DNA of 64,000 nucleotides from Gammaproteobacteria bacterium. Lineage in GTDB: Bacteria; Pseudomonadota; Gammaproteobacteria; JBCCGL01. The notes beneath the pieces were generated by a model, which did not search any database, was not told the DNA's origin, and was given only the letters and a program-made list of their open reading frames with translations. The position numbers were made by a program, and so were the translations under genes. This document shows, one piece after another, positions 48,192 through 58,166 of this stretch. Position 1 is the first letter of the stretch. Every line of letters begins with the position of its first letter. The stretch lies in the NCBI GenBank assembly GCA_965277715.1, contig OZ255836.1, positions 4,192,001 to 4,256,000 of the forward strand, read 5' to 3'.

Positions 48192-50138
48192 ATGAATACC
48201 CCATTATTATTTTCTAAATCCGGATTATTTTCCAAAACCGGCTTAATCGTCCTGGCCGTTGTCTGTGCTATCGCGATTGGCGTTATTAATCTCGCCTGGA
48301 ATGGTGTGCGCATTGATCTCACTGAAAACAAACTGTACACCCTGTCTCAAGGGAGCCGGAATATTCTCGATGGGCTTGAACAGCCGGTTACCCTGCGCTT
48401 CTATTTTTCTGCCAGACAAACCGAATCTTCACCCGCCCTGCGTAACTATGCACGCCGTATTCAGGAATTACTGGAGGAGTATGCACAGTTTGGCGGTAGC
48501 AATATCGACCTGCGGGTTATCGACCCGGAGCCGTTTTCTGAAGAGGAAGATGCCGCCGATGCCTACGGCCTGCAAAAGGTGCGGCTCAGTGTGGGCGGGG
48601 ATCAGTTATTAATGGGCCTGGTGGGTGAGCGCGAAGGTGGGCAGCCCGAGAGGATTGCCTTTTTTCACCCAGACCGTGAAGAATTTCTTGAGCAGGATAT
48701 CAGCAAGTTGATTTTTTCTGCCAGCCGGGGGCGCAAGCCGACGCTGGGAATTATGTCCAGCCTGAACGTCAACGGGGGTGTCGATTTGAACACCCGCCAA
48801 CCCACCCCCGCCTGGGCGGCCATTACACAGCTACGCAGGCTCTACAACGTACTTAATATCAGCACCCTGGATAAAAGTATCGCTGATAACGTTGATCTGT
48901 TGTTACTGATTCAGCCAGGTACTTTGCCAGAATCGGCACTGTACGCGATCGACCAATATGTTATGCGCGGCGGTAATGCGATTATTTTTACCGACCCAAT
49001 GAGCGATATGGCACTTCTGCAGGGTGGTGCACCGGCTGTACCGGAGGCAGCGACATCGATTACCCGCTTGCTGGAGCACTGGGGGGTAAAAGTTGTGCGG
49101 GATAAGATTCTGGGCGATGCGCGCTATGCCCTCAGTGTGAGCCGTGGTGCCAACCAGACACCGATTCGCTACCTGGCCATTCAGGGTTATGGGCGTGCCA
49201 ATTTCCCGCAGGACGATGTAATTACCAACAAGCTTGAAACCATTAACGTGGGCAGCACGGGGGTTATCGACGCACTGGCCGACAGCGATATCACGTTTAC
49301 ACCGCTGATTACTTCCAGCAACCAGAGCATGCCGATTGAGCGCAGCAAATTTGAACCAGCGCCAGACCCGGCCAGACTGCTCCAGGGTTTTACGCCAACG
49401 GGTAAAAAATACACCATAGCCGCACGCGTAACAGGCGATTTTAAAACCGCATTCCCGGAGGGTTATACACCGCCGGAACCGGAGAAAAGCGAAGAAGACC
49501 AGGCCAATAGCGAAGCGGACAGCGAGGCAAAAGTTGCGCAGGAAGCGGCGCAACTGCCCGAGCATATAGATGCTACTGCGCAGCCGGGTAATCTGATTGT
49601 GGTCGCGGACTCAGACATCCTCAGCAACCGTTTGTGGGTGCGTGTGCAGGACTTTTTTGGTCAGCAAATCACCTCACCGTTCGCCGACAATGGCGACTTT
49701 TTGCTAAACGCGGTGGACAACCTGTTAGGCAATGCCGATTTGATCAGCATTCGGGGGCGCAGCCGTTACTCACGCCCCTTCGAGGTGGTTGATGAATTGC
49801 GCCGGGATGCAGATGCGCGTTTTCAAAACAAAGAGCGCGAGTTGTTGGTGCGGTTGCAGGAGGCGGAGAGAAAAATCGCCGAGCTACAGCAGAAAAAGCA
49901 GGGTGAAGAAGGCGCTTTAACCCTCAGTGAAGAGCAGGCCGAGACGGTGAAGGGTTTTCAGCAGGAGAAACTAAAAGTACGCAAGGAATTGCGTGAGGTG
50001 CGTCATCAACTGGGTAGCGATATTGATAATCTGGGTAGCTGGTTGAAGTTTATCAATATCGCCTTGATACCGATCCTGTTAACGCTTGGAATACTGTTGT
50101 TTAAGGTGGGTAGAAGAATCCGTTTGGTTCGTACCTAA
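48192..50138 (+). CDS. GldG-like ABC auxiliary component
   Basis: RIDLTENKLYTLS, IDQYVMRGG, coiled coil and C-terminal TM. Confidence 0.88.
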   Translation: MNTPLLFSKSGLFSKTGLIVLAVVCAIAIGVINLAWNGVRIDLTENKLYTLSQGSRNILDGLEQPVTLRFYFSARQTESSPALRNYARRIQELLEEYAQFGGSNIDLRVIDPEPFSEEEDAADAYGLQKVRLSVGGDQLLMGLVGEREGGQPERIAFFHPDREEFLEQDISKLIFSASRGRKPTLGIMSSLNVNGGVDLNTRQPTPAWAAITQLRRLYNVLNISTLDKSIADNVDLLLLIQPGTLPESALYAIDQYVMRGGNAIIFTDPMSDMALLQGGAPAVPEAATSITRLLEHWGVKVVRDKILGDARYALSVSRGANQTPIRYLAIQGYGRANFPQDDVITNKLETINVGSTGVIDALADSDITFTPLITSSNQSMPIERSKFEPAPDPARLLQGFTPTGKKYTIAARVTGDFKTAFPEGYTPPEPEKSEEDQANSEADSEAKVAQEAAQLPEHIDATAQPGNLIVVADSDILSNRLWVRVQDFFGQQITSPFADNGDFLLNAVDNLLGNADLISIRGRSRYSRPFEVVDELRRDADARFQNKERELLVRLQEAERKIAELQQKKQGEEGALTLSEEQAETVKGFQQEKLKVRKELREVRHQLGSDIDNLGSWLKFINIALIPILLTLGILLFKVGRRIRLVRT

Positions 50139-50167
50139 AAGAGCCATAACCGGGATAATCGGGGGGG

Positions 50168-50644
50168 CTAGGAAGCTTTATAGTCCCCTGATTTACCGCC
50201 TGATTTTTCCAGCAAACGCACCGATTGGATCACCATGCCCCGGTCGACTGCCTTGCACATATCGTAGATTGTCAGCAGCGCTACCTGCACGGCATTGAGC
50301 GCTTCCATTTCCACGCCGGTACGGCCATGTGTTTCGGTGCGTGCGGTGCAGTTAATGGCGTTTCGCGCTGTATCGTGGGTAAAGCTGACTTCGGCGTGGT
50401 TTAACCCAATTGGATGGCACAGCGGGATAAGTTCCGCTGTCTTCTTTGATGCCATAATCCCCGCCACGCGGGCAATGCCGAGCACATCCCCTTTTTTGTG
50501 GTCGCCCGCGAGTATCATCTGCAAAGTAGTGGCCTGCATCAAAATCTCACCACCTGCAACGGCAATGCGTCGGGTAACGTCTTTGGCGCCGACATCGACC
50601 ATATGTGCCTCGCCTTGGGTATTAAAATGGGTGAGTCTGGACAT
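50168..50644 (-). CDS. moaC: Cyclic pyranopterin monophosphate synthase
   Basis: [31 protein letters not shown] and KSGGKSG motifs. Confidence 0.97.
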   Translation of the reverse strand: MSRLTHFNTQGEAHMVDVGAKDVTRRIAVAGGEILMQATTLQMILAGDHKKGDVLGIARVAGIMASKKTAELIPLCHPIGLNHAEVSFTHDTARNAINCTARTETHGRTGVEMEALNAVQVALLTIYDMCKAVDRGMVIQSVRLLEKSGGKSGDYKAS

Positions 50645-50773
50645 TTTTTCTTCGCCTATTTAGAGGGTGCCGGAAAACATTGCGAGCGCGGTAGCTTCCC
50701 GGCACTCTCTGTAATTGATCGTCAACTTAACGCATACTACAGATACATTGGCCTTATATTCAAACAACAATCG

Positions 50774-51007
50774 ATGACAATCCAGGTAAAATTTTTCGCC
50801 AGCCTGCGCGAGACACTCAATCTTTCCCACATTCAACTCGAATCATCGGAGTCGCTTGATGCCCACGCAGTGTGGGTACAGGCAACCGACAACACCCCCA
50901 TGCCAGAAAATACCCTGTGTGCTGTCAACCTGTCACACGTTGAGTTGGAACACCTAGTGTGTGATGGCGATGAAGTGGCTTTTTTCCCGCCAGTAACCGG
51001 GGGGTGA
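50774..51007 (+). CDS. moaD: Molybdopterin synthase sulfur carrier
   Basis: VKFFASLRE...DGDEVAFFPPVTGG C-terminal GG. Confidence 0.95.
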   Translation: MTIQVKFFASLRETLNLSHIQLESSESLDAHAVWVQATDNTPMPENTLCAVNLSHVELEHLVCDGDEVAFFPPVTGG

Positions 51008-51008
51008 T

Positions 51009-51446
51009 ATGGCGGTTCAGCTTTTTTCTGCCCCGTTTGATCCCTATGCACTGTTACAGACCTGGCAGGCTGATGCGCTGGAGGCCGGGTGTTTTGGCGC
51101 CACGGCCAGTTTTGTGGGCAGCATGCGTGACTTTAATCAAAACGATACTGTGCGGGCGATGACGCTGGAACACTACCCCGGTATGACCGAGGGTCAGCTT
51201 GAGTCGATTGTCGAGGACGCCAAACAAAAATGGCCACTGCTCGATGCATTGATCGCACACCGTATTGGTGAAATCAGCCCCGGTGAGCCGATTGTGCTCA
51301 CTGTGTGTTGGTCGGCGCACCGTGCTGCTGCGTTTGATGCCTGTCGGTTTTTGATGGAGGCGTTGAAATCGCGGGCGCCGTTTTGGAAGAAGGAAACGCT
51401 GGAGGGCGATGCTACCCGTTGGGTTTCGGGTAATACGATTGGTTAG
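51009..51446 (+). CDS. moaE: Molybdopterin synthase catalytic subunit
   Basis: LEHYPGMT, HRIG, SAHR and LKSRAPFWKKE motifs. Confidence 0.96.
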   Translation: MAVQLFSAPFDPYALLQTWQADALEAGCFGATASFVGSMRDFNQNDTVRAMTLEHYPGMTEGQLESIVEDAKQKWPLLDALIAHRIGEISPGEPIVLTVCWSAHRAAAFDACRFLMEALKSRAPFWKKETLEGDATRWVSGNTIG

Positions 51447-51560
51447 ATGTGCATGTATTAACTTGCACACAAGTCAATATATGATGTCTGACGTATTAGC
51501 CAATAATTGTTCCAGAAAAAAGCGCTCTGGAACAATTAGTTGCAAGTTAATACATATCAG

Positions 51561-51666
51561 GAGCCTGTCGGATTCAGGACTGCTCTATTGCGGAAAAACT
51601 GATTTGGCCCTTTTTTGTGCGTCCATTTCTTGCGTACTACCCCGTTAAATAGAACCACTATATTCC
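51561..51666. mobile_element. MITE family B partial copy
   Basis: GAGCCTGTCGGATTCAGGACTGCTCTATTGCGGAAAA matches the 39433 end; no right TIR seen; right boundary approximate. Confidence 0.6.
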
Positions 51667-52533
51667 TCAATAAAGCACATCAAGCGGAATCTTGAGATAC
51701 ACAATCCCATTACCCTCTGCCACCGGTAACCTACCCGCACGCATATTGACTTGCACAGAAGGTAAAAGCAGCTTAGGCACGGTCGAATCGTCATCTCGTT
51801 TTTTGCGTATTGCTACAAAATCACGCTGGGTCACGCCGCCGCCAAAATGGATATTGTGGTTGCGCTCGTCAGCTACAGTGGTTTCCCATTGATAATGATC
51901 TCTGCCAGAAGGCAGGTAGTCGTGGCACATAAACAGGCGGGTTTCATCTGGCAGCGCCAATACTCTTTGGATTGATCGATACAATGCATCCGCATCACCG
52001 CCAGGAAAGTCGGTGCGGGCGGTGCCAAAATCCGGCATGAACAAGGTATCGCCAACAAAGGCGGCATCGCCAATCACATAAGTTGAGCACGCAGGTGTAT
52101 GGCCGGGTGTAAACAGTACCTTTGCACACAGATCACCAATCTGAAAACATTCTTCATCCTCAAACAGATGGTCGAACTGCGAACCGTCAGTGGCGAATTC
52201 CGGCCCTGCGTTAAAGAGGTTTTTGAAGGCCGACTGCACCTCGGTAATACGCGAGCCAATCGCAACTTTACCGCCCAATGTCTCGGCCAAATAGGGGGCT
52301 GCTGTTAAGTGGTCTGCGTGTACATGTGTTTCCAGAATCCACTGAACGGAAAGGTTTTGGTTGCGCACGTACTCGACAAGCTTATCTGAAGATTCGGTAC
52401 TCGTGCACCCGGAGGCAGGGTCATAATTCAGAACCGGGTCGATAATGGCGCAATGTTTGCCATTGGGTTCGGACACAACATAGCTGATCGTATGGCTGGC
52501 TGCGTCGAAGAAGGCTTCAATCACTGGGCTCAT
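51667..52533 (-). CDS. MBL-fold persulfide/sulfur dioxygenase (Blh/ETHE1-like)
   Basis: ILETHVHADH, TPGHTPAC, GDTLFMPDFGTAR.DFPGG, MCHDY and YLKIP motifs. Confidence 0.88.
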   Translation of the reverse strand: MSPVIEAFFDAASHTISYVVSEPNGKHCAIIDPVLNYDPASGCTSTESSDKLVEYVRNQNLSVQWILETHVHADHLTAAPYLAETLGGKVAIGSRITEVQSAFKNLFNAGPEFATDGSQFDHLFEDEECFQIGDLCAKVLFTPGHTPACSTYVIGDAAFVGDTLFMPDFGTARTDFPGGDADALYRSIQRVLALPDETRLFMCHDYLPSGRDHYQWETTVADERNHNIHFGGGVTQRDFVAIRKKRDDDSTVPKLLLPSVQVNMRAGRLPVAEGNGIVYLKIPLDVLY

Positions 52534-52827
52534 AAGTTTTATTTGCCTTTAGTAATAGTCAGTATGACTATTTATTATAAGCGTATTCTAAAAAAATATA
52601 ATTCTGAAACTGTAAATATACCCCTTTCAGAATAAGGTAAACGGTGTACTTAGGAGTCTGGTGCTGATTGCTGGTAGTATGAGATTGTGCTTTTGAATGT
52701 ATTGCTTACTTATTCAGTACGCCGCCGGTTCTGAATTGATGCGTTATCGGTTTCGGTAAGTTAACTTTGATAACCTTACTATATCAATCGATGCAACGTC
52801 GGCGGTGTACCGGGACAACAACGGCCA

Positions 52828-54219
52828 TTATTTTAACAATACAAAATAAGCCCGATTGCCACGTTGAATATTGAGCAGAATTTCACCGTTCGGCCCCGCA
52901 TCAATCACCCGCTTCATATCATCAACATCACTAATGCGCGCCCGATTAATTGACAACACAATGTCATCCTCGCGTATGCCCGATTGTGCTGCCGGGCTGC
53001 CCGGTTCAACGCTTTCTATGACGACATAACGCACCGTTTGGTAACGGTCTTTTTTCTCCACGTCGACAAACACAGCACCCGATAGCAACGGTGAGGCGCT
53101 GACACCTCTCAATACCCTGCGCTGCTGCGCTTCAATCGTCGCGTTGACCACGCGCTCGACACCCCCGCGCACCACTTTCATCTTCACTGTCTGGCCAACC
53201 CGCAATAAGCCAATGGTATTTTTAATATCGTTGCTGTAACGCACCCGGCGGCCATCGACTGCGGTGAGTACATCGCCCGTCTGTAAACCGGCCCGCGATG
53301 CAGGGGAGTCTGGTTCCACCTGAACAATGACAACGCCCCTTTTAATATCCAGGCCGAATGCCTGCGCCAATTGACCGGTCAACTCCTGCACGGCAATGCC
53401 CAGTCGCCCCCGGCGGACTTCGCCAAATTCGATAAGCTGCTGCATGATCTGCCGCGCCATATTGGCCGGAATGGCGAAGCCAATACCGATATTGCCACCG
53501 TTAGGCCCGAGGATAGCGGTGTTGATACCGACCAGGCTCCCGCGCAAATCGATCAAAGCACCCCCTGAGTTCCCCGGATTAATTGAGGCGTCGGTCTGGA
53601 TAAAGTCTTCAAAATCCTCAATGCCCAACCCCGAGCGGGACAAGGCGCTGACAATACCTGAGGTAACCGTCTGGCCCAGGCCAAATGGATTGCCGATGGC
53701 GACGACAAAATCCCCGACGCGCAGTGTGTCTGAGTCAGCCCAGTCCAACGCGGTTAAATCATCCGCAGGGATCTGTATCACCGCGACATCGGCGAGTGGG
53801 TCGCTACCCACTTTGCGTGCGCTTAGCTCGCGCCCATCGGTCAGGGTCACGGTGATCTCGCTGGCATTTTCGATCACATGGTGGTTGGTCAGAATTAAAC
53901 CCTCGTCGGCGTCGACGATCACGCCAGAGCCAAGGCTTTGGGTTGGCCGTTCACGGGAAGGGCTTGGCAAATCAAAAAAACGCCGAAAAAACGGATCTTC
54001 AAACAGTGGGTTGCTGCGTACCCGCACCGAGCCACGGGTGGCGATATTGACGACGGCGGGCGTGGTTTTTTCCAGTATGGGTGCCAGGCTGGGCAGAGGC
54101 TGCCCTTCAATGACAGTCGGCAGGGCAGCCCATAATGGTGATGTAAAGAGAGCGAGGCAGGGGATTCCGCAGTGGTATAAGCAGGCGATGGGCAATGCAA
54201 TGAATCTATTTGTTTGCAT
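52828..54219 (-). CDS. degQ: Do/DegQ serine protease with two PDZ domains
   Basis: LPSLAP, GSGVI, TNHHV and IQTDASINPGNSGG motifs; start approximate. Confidence 0.9.
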   Translation of the reverse strand: MQTNRFIALPIACLYHCGIPCLALFTSPLWAALPTVIEGQPLPSLAPILEKTTPAVVNIATRGSVRVRSNPLFEDPFFRRFFDLPSPSRERPTQSLGSGVIVDADEGLILTNHHVIENASEITVTLTDGRELSARKVGSDPLADVAVIQIPADDLTALDWADSDTLRVGDFVVAIGNPFGLGQTVTSGIVSALSRSGLGIEDFEDFIQTDASINPGNSGGALIDLRGSLVGINTAILGPNGGNIGIGFAIPANMARQIMQQLIEFGEVRRGRLGIAVQELTGQLAQAFGLDIKRGVVIVQVEPDSPASRAGLQTGDVLTAVDGRRVRYSNDIKNTIGLLRVGQTVKMKVVRGGVERVVNATIEAQQRRVLRGVSASPLLSGAVFVDVEKKDRYQTVRYVVIESVEPGSPAAQSGIREDDIVLSINRARISDVDDMKRVIDAGPNGEILLNIQRGNRAYFVLLK

Positions 54220-54393
54220 AAGATACTCAGTAAACAAACCGTCTATGCATTATAGAACGCCGCTCGAATCCAATCAGTAAAATTAACTTTTCCTGAATCT
54301 GTGCGAGACAAACTTTCACTTTAACGATACGCTGCAGGCTGTAGCGATTTTTATACCCAAGTACACATCGGTCACGCAGTTTTCCACACACTT

Positions 54394-56982
54394 ATGTTTA
54401 AAACCCTCCAATCCGTTGCGGCATTATTGCTTAGTTTCGGTCTGTTTATTATGGCCAATGGCCTATTCTCCACACTGCTCGGCGTGCGTACCACCATTGA
54501 GGGATTCTCTGCGGGGATGGCGGGTTTAATCGTCGCCTGCTATTTTTTTGGCCTGCTTATTGGGGCGCGTTACGCGGTGCGCTTTGTCGGTGTCGGTGGC
54601 TATATCCGCACCTTTGCGGCATTTGCCTCGGTAATGTCGATCTCGGCTTTATTGCATGTGATTTGGGTCGACCCTTACGCGTGGATGGCGATGCGTATGC
54701 TGTCGGGGTTTTGTATGGCCGGGTTGGTGATGATTACCGAGAGCTGGCTCAATCAGCGTGCCAATAACGCCATGCGTGGGCAGTTACTGTCATTTTATAT
54801 GATCACCAACTACCTCGGTGGTGGTTGTGGTCAGTTTTTACTGCCGCTGGCTGACCCTGAAAAATTTCACCTGTTCAGCCTGGTCTCCATTTTGTTTTCG
54901 CTGGCATTAATTCCCGTTTTGATGACGCGCTCCAAGGCACCGCCACCGCCAAAACCGATGCCGATCAACCTGCGGGCACTGTTTCGCCTGTCGCCAGTAG
55001 GGGTATTCGGCGCGTTTTGTGCCGGTTGGATCAGCGCGACGAATAACGGTTTGTTGCCGGTATTCACCCGCGAAATCGGCATGACGATAAACGGCACTTC
55101 AGTGTTTATGTTTTGCCTGATTTTTAGCGGGCTGTTACTACAGTGGCCTATCGGCAAACTGTCCGACCGTATGGACCGCCGCCGCGTATTGCTGATTGTG
55201 GCCTCGGTAACACTGGTTTCCAGCGGTTTGATGTTTGTCGCGGTATATACCCGTGATCAATTTGGTTTTACGCCGTTGTTTATACTGGCGGCAGTGTACG
55301 GCAGTACGTTTTACACCCTCTACTCGATCAGCTCTGCACATATCGCCGATAACGCCTCGGCGGCGGGCGCTAGCATGGTAACCGTGGCCAGCGGTATTTT
55401 GGTGGTGTACGGCAGCGGTGCGATTATTGGCCCGATTGTCGTAGGGCAGGTAATGACTGTGCTGGGGCCACAGGGCATCTTTTTTACCATTGGCGCGATA
55501 TTACTGTTGTTGTGTTTATACGTGGTGTATCGCCGCAATCGCCGTGTCGCGGTCAACGACAGCGAGAAACAGCCCTTTATACCGATGCCCGGCACGCAAT
55601 TTACCGGGGCTGGGTTGTACAGCGCTGCCCGCCGGGAAGTTGACCGCGCCTTTTCAAAGCTGACCAGTGGCTTTGGATTGCGCGAACATTCAGACGACCC
55701 TACACTGGCGGCTTCACCGCCACAGCCAGCCGGAAATAACACCATGAGCCGCATCACCTCCTACCCCAAAGACCACTGGTCATTACAAGTGGATATTCCC
55801 TACAGCATGGGGGTAAAACAGGGTGGCTTAATTTTTCTCAGCGGGCAGGCGGATTTACGCGGTAATGGCGAGGTATGCCATCCTGGTGATCTATTGAAAC
55901 AGACGGCAGCGGCGATTGCCCATATCAAGACACTGTTTGCCGACCTTGGTAGCGACAGTGAAAAACTGGTTAAGCTCACAGTGTTTTATGTCAACCGTGG
56001 TGATGTCGACCAGGGCGCGTATCAAGCAGAGATTGCCCGCTTACTCGGCACGCACAACCAGCCAGTGGTTGCGATGGTGCCACTGAGTCATTTCTTCTAT
56101 CCCGGTGCGCTGGTTGAAATCGACGCAGTGGGTGTCGATTCGGTGGCACCGCGCCAATACGTTGCCGACCCGGCCTATGGCCCGGTGACACTTGGGTTAA
56201 GCCAGGCCTTGCGTTGTGGTGAGTATATTTTTATCGGTGGTACAACGGCGATAAGTGCCGATGGTACGGTGCAACACCCCGACGATAGCGTGCAACAAAC
56301 GCATCAGGTATTGGCCCGGCTTGAACGCTTGCTCGGTGAATTTGGGGCGGACAGGCGTGACCTGGTTAAGCTGAATAACTGGTTTGTTATTGCCGGTAAT
56401 GCTGAAGAATGGTCGCAGAGTGCACAGGTGCGCGCTGATTTTTACCCCGAGCCTGGGCCGGTCGCGACCGGCCATCCACTGCAAACCCTCGGTGCGCTAG
56501 GGCTTGCCATCAGCACCGATTGCTGGGCGATGCTCGGCGAGGATGGCAGCCGCATACCTAAACAACACGCCTGGCCTGAAGGGCACTGGGACTGGCCGAT
56601 TCATTTGCCGTTCAAGCACGGCTTGATGTGCCCTTTAAGTACAGGTGGCAAGCTGATTTTTATGGGGGGGCAGGTATCGCTCGATCAGCAGGCCAATGTA
56701 ATTGACCCCGGCAAACTGGCGGAACAAACGCGCACCAGCATGGAAAATATTGGCAAAGTACTGGCTGAGTTCGATGCGGGTTATGCCGATATTTTGAAAT
56801 TGAACACCTGGTATCAGGGGAATAATGACCCTGATACAGACGCGGAGGCGCTGCATACCAGTGTGAATACCCGCTCTGCGTACTTCCAAAAACCCGGCCC
56901 GGCGTCGACGGGTATACCTTTAGATAATTTATCTTATGAGGATATGCTGACCGAAACTGAGGTGGTGGCCTACCTGGAATAG
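54394..56982 (+). CDS. MFS transporter in frame with a triple RidA/YjgF-like domain protein
   Basis: About 12 TM MFS (ESWLN, QWPIGKLSDRMDRR) to aa ~420, linker, then three repeats with Rid motifs (IFLSGQ / IFIGGT / IFMGGQV; LVEIDAV); internal ATG at 55744. Confidence 0.8.
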   Translation: MFKTLQSVAALLLSFGLFIMANGLFSTLLGVRTTIEGFSAGMAGLIVACYFFGLLIGARYAVRFVGVGGYIRTFAAFASVMSISALLHVIWVDPYAWMAMRMLSGFCMAGLVMITESWLNQRANNAMRGQLLSFYMITNYLGGGCGQFLLPLADPEKFHLFSLVSILFSLALIPVLMTRSKAPPPPKPMPINLRALFRLSPVGVFGAFCAGWISATNNGLLPVFTREIGMTINGTSVFMFCLIFSGLLLQWPIGKLSDRMDRRRVLLIVASVTLVSSGLMFVAVYTRDQFGFTPLFILAAVYGSTFYTLYSISSAHIADNASAAGASMVTVASGILVVYGSGAIIGPIVVGQVMTVLGPQGIFFTIGAILLLLCLYVVYRRNRRVAVNDSEKQPFIPMPGTQFTGAGLYSAARREVDRAFSKLTSGFGLREHSDDPTLAASPPQPAGNNTMSRITSYPKDHWSLQVDIPYSMGVKQGGLIFLSGQADLRGNGEVCHPGDLLKQTAAAIAHIKTLFADLGSDSEKLVKLTVFYVNRGDVDQGAYQAEIARLLGTHNQPVVAMVPLSHFFYPGALVEIDAVGVDSVAPRQYVADPAYGPVTLGLSQALRCGEYIFIGGTTAISADGTVQHPDDSVQQTHQVLARLERLLGEFGADRRDLVKLNNWFVIAGNAEEWSQSAQVRADFYPEPGPVATGHPLQTLGALGLAISTDCWAMLGEDGSRIPKQHAWPEGHWDWPIHLPFKHGLMCPLSTGGKLIFMGGQVSLDQQANVIDPGKLAEQTRTSMENIGKVLAEFDAGYADILKLNTWYQGNNDPDTDAEALHTSVNTRSAYFQKPGPASTGIPLDNLSYEDMLTETEVVAYLE

Positions 56983-57194
56983 TGAAGAGGCTAATCGAAT
57001 TTTTCGATGCCATAAAAGTAGCAACTGTACCTAACTTAGAGAAGGCTTGGTAGAGTGGTTTGAACTGAACGGTGATAGTCCTTTTTTTTAGTATTATTTT
57101 GGAGTTGTCTTCTACAGAGTGCCCTCTCTGAATTGAATTAGCGCTGTTCTGCATTATTAAAAAATAACCCTAAACAATCAGATAGGGAAAAGTT

Positions 57195-58166
57195 ATGCCT
57201 TCAACACGAAACCAGATGATCGACTTTATTCAACGAGGAAATATCGAACCTGAGCATGTTGATGCTGCGCTTGCCGTCTCAGGCATTAGGCCCAGCCCAA
57301 AGAGCTGGCGCCAGTTCCTTGAACGGTTATCAGTGGTGCTGGGGGGGCTATCACTGGCTTTCGCGCTGATGTTTTTGGTCGCTTATAACTGGGGGAGCAT
57401 TGGTCGGTTCGAAAAATTCGGGTTGGTTCAACTCTCGATTGTGCTTGCGATTGGCGGTTACTGGAAACTGGGTGCCGACACACTTTCGGCAAAAATTTCA
57501 CTACTGGTCGGCTCGATTCTGATCGGTGTACTCCTTGCGTTATATGGCCAGACATACCAAACCGGTGTCGACCCCTGGCAACTCTTTTTTAGCTGGGCGC
57601 TTTTGTTATTGCCCTGGGCGTTACTGGGGCGGTTCGCCGCCCTCTGGGTCGTTTGGCTATTACTCATTAACCTGAGTTTAGTGTTATACCACCAACCGAT
57701 CCACAGGGGGGTTTGGTTTCCCTTTGAACTTGAGGTCGATTCGTTATGGATATTGTTTATTTTTAACAGCTTTGCATTACTAATCTGGGAGCTTGCCGCT
57801 GGCTATTTCCGATGGCTTTCGGCGCGATGGCCCACACGGTTATTGGCAGTGATGAGTGGGGTTTTAATTACCTGGCTGGTAGTGATGGCCATATTTGATA
57901 ATAGTGATGCCCACAGCCCCGGTGTTTTAGTGTGGTTGATCTGGGTGCCGGTTATTTATTTTACCTATCGCACACTTCAACCTGATCTCTTTATGCTTGC
58001 GGGCATGTGTTTGTCGGGCATTACAATTATCGTTTCGGTTCTGTTGTGGCTTACGGTCGATGGTCTCGAAGAAGGTGGTTTCCTGTTGATTGCGATCACT
58101 TTAATCGGCTTGAGCAGTGGTGCGACGCTCTGGTTAAAAGGCATTCATCGGGGGTGGCAGTCATGA
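57195..58166 (+). CDS. DUF2157-type membrane protein
   Basis: FLVAYNW and LALYGQTYQTGVDPWQLF motifs. Confidence 0.85.
   Translation: MPSTRNQMIDFIQRGNIEPEHVDAALAVSGIRPSPKSWRQFLERLSVVLGGLSLAFALMFLVAYNWGSIGRFEKFGLVQLSIVLAIGGYWKLGADTLSAKISLLVGSILIGVLLALYGQTYQTGVDPWQLFFSWALLLLPWALLGRFAALWVVWLLLINLSLVLYHQPIHRGVWFPFELEVDSLWILFIFNSFALLIWELAAGYFRWLSARWPTRLLAVMSGVLITWLVVMAIFDNSDAHSPGVLVWLIWVPVIYFTYRTLQPDLFMLAGMCLSGITIIVSVLLWLTVDGLEEGGFLLIAITLIGLSSGATLWLKGIHRGWQS

Noticed and set aside
46468-50138. Gliding motility system
   Set aside because: GldA/F/G-like ABC transporters are widespread in non-gliding Proteobacteria; no other gld/spr genes.
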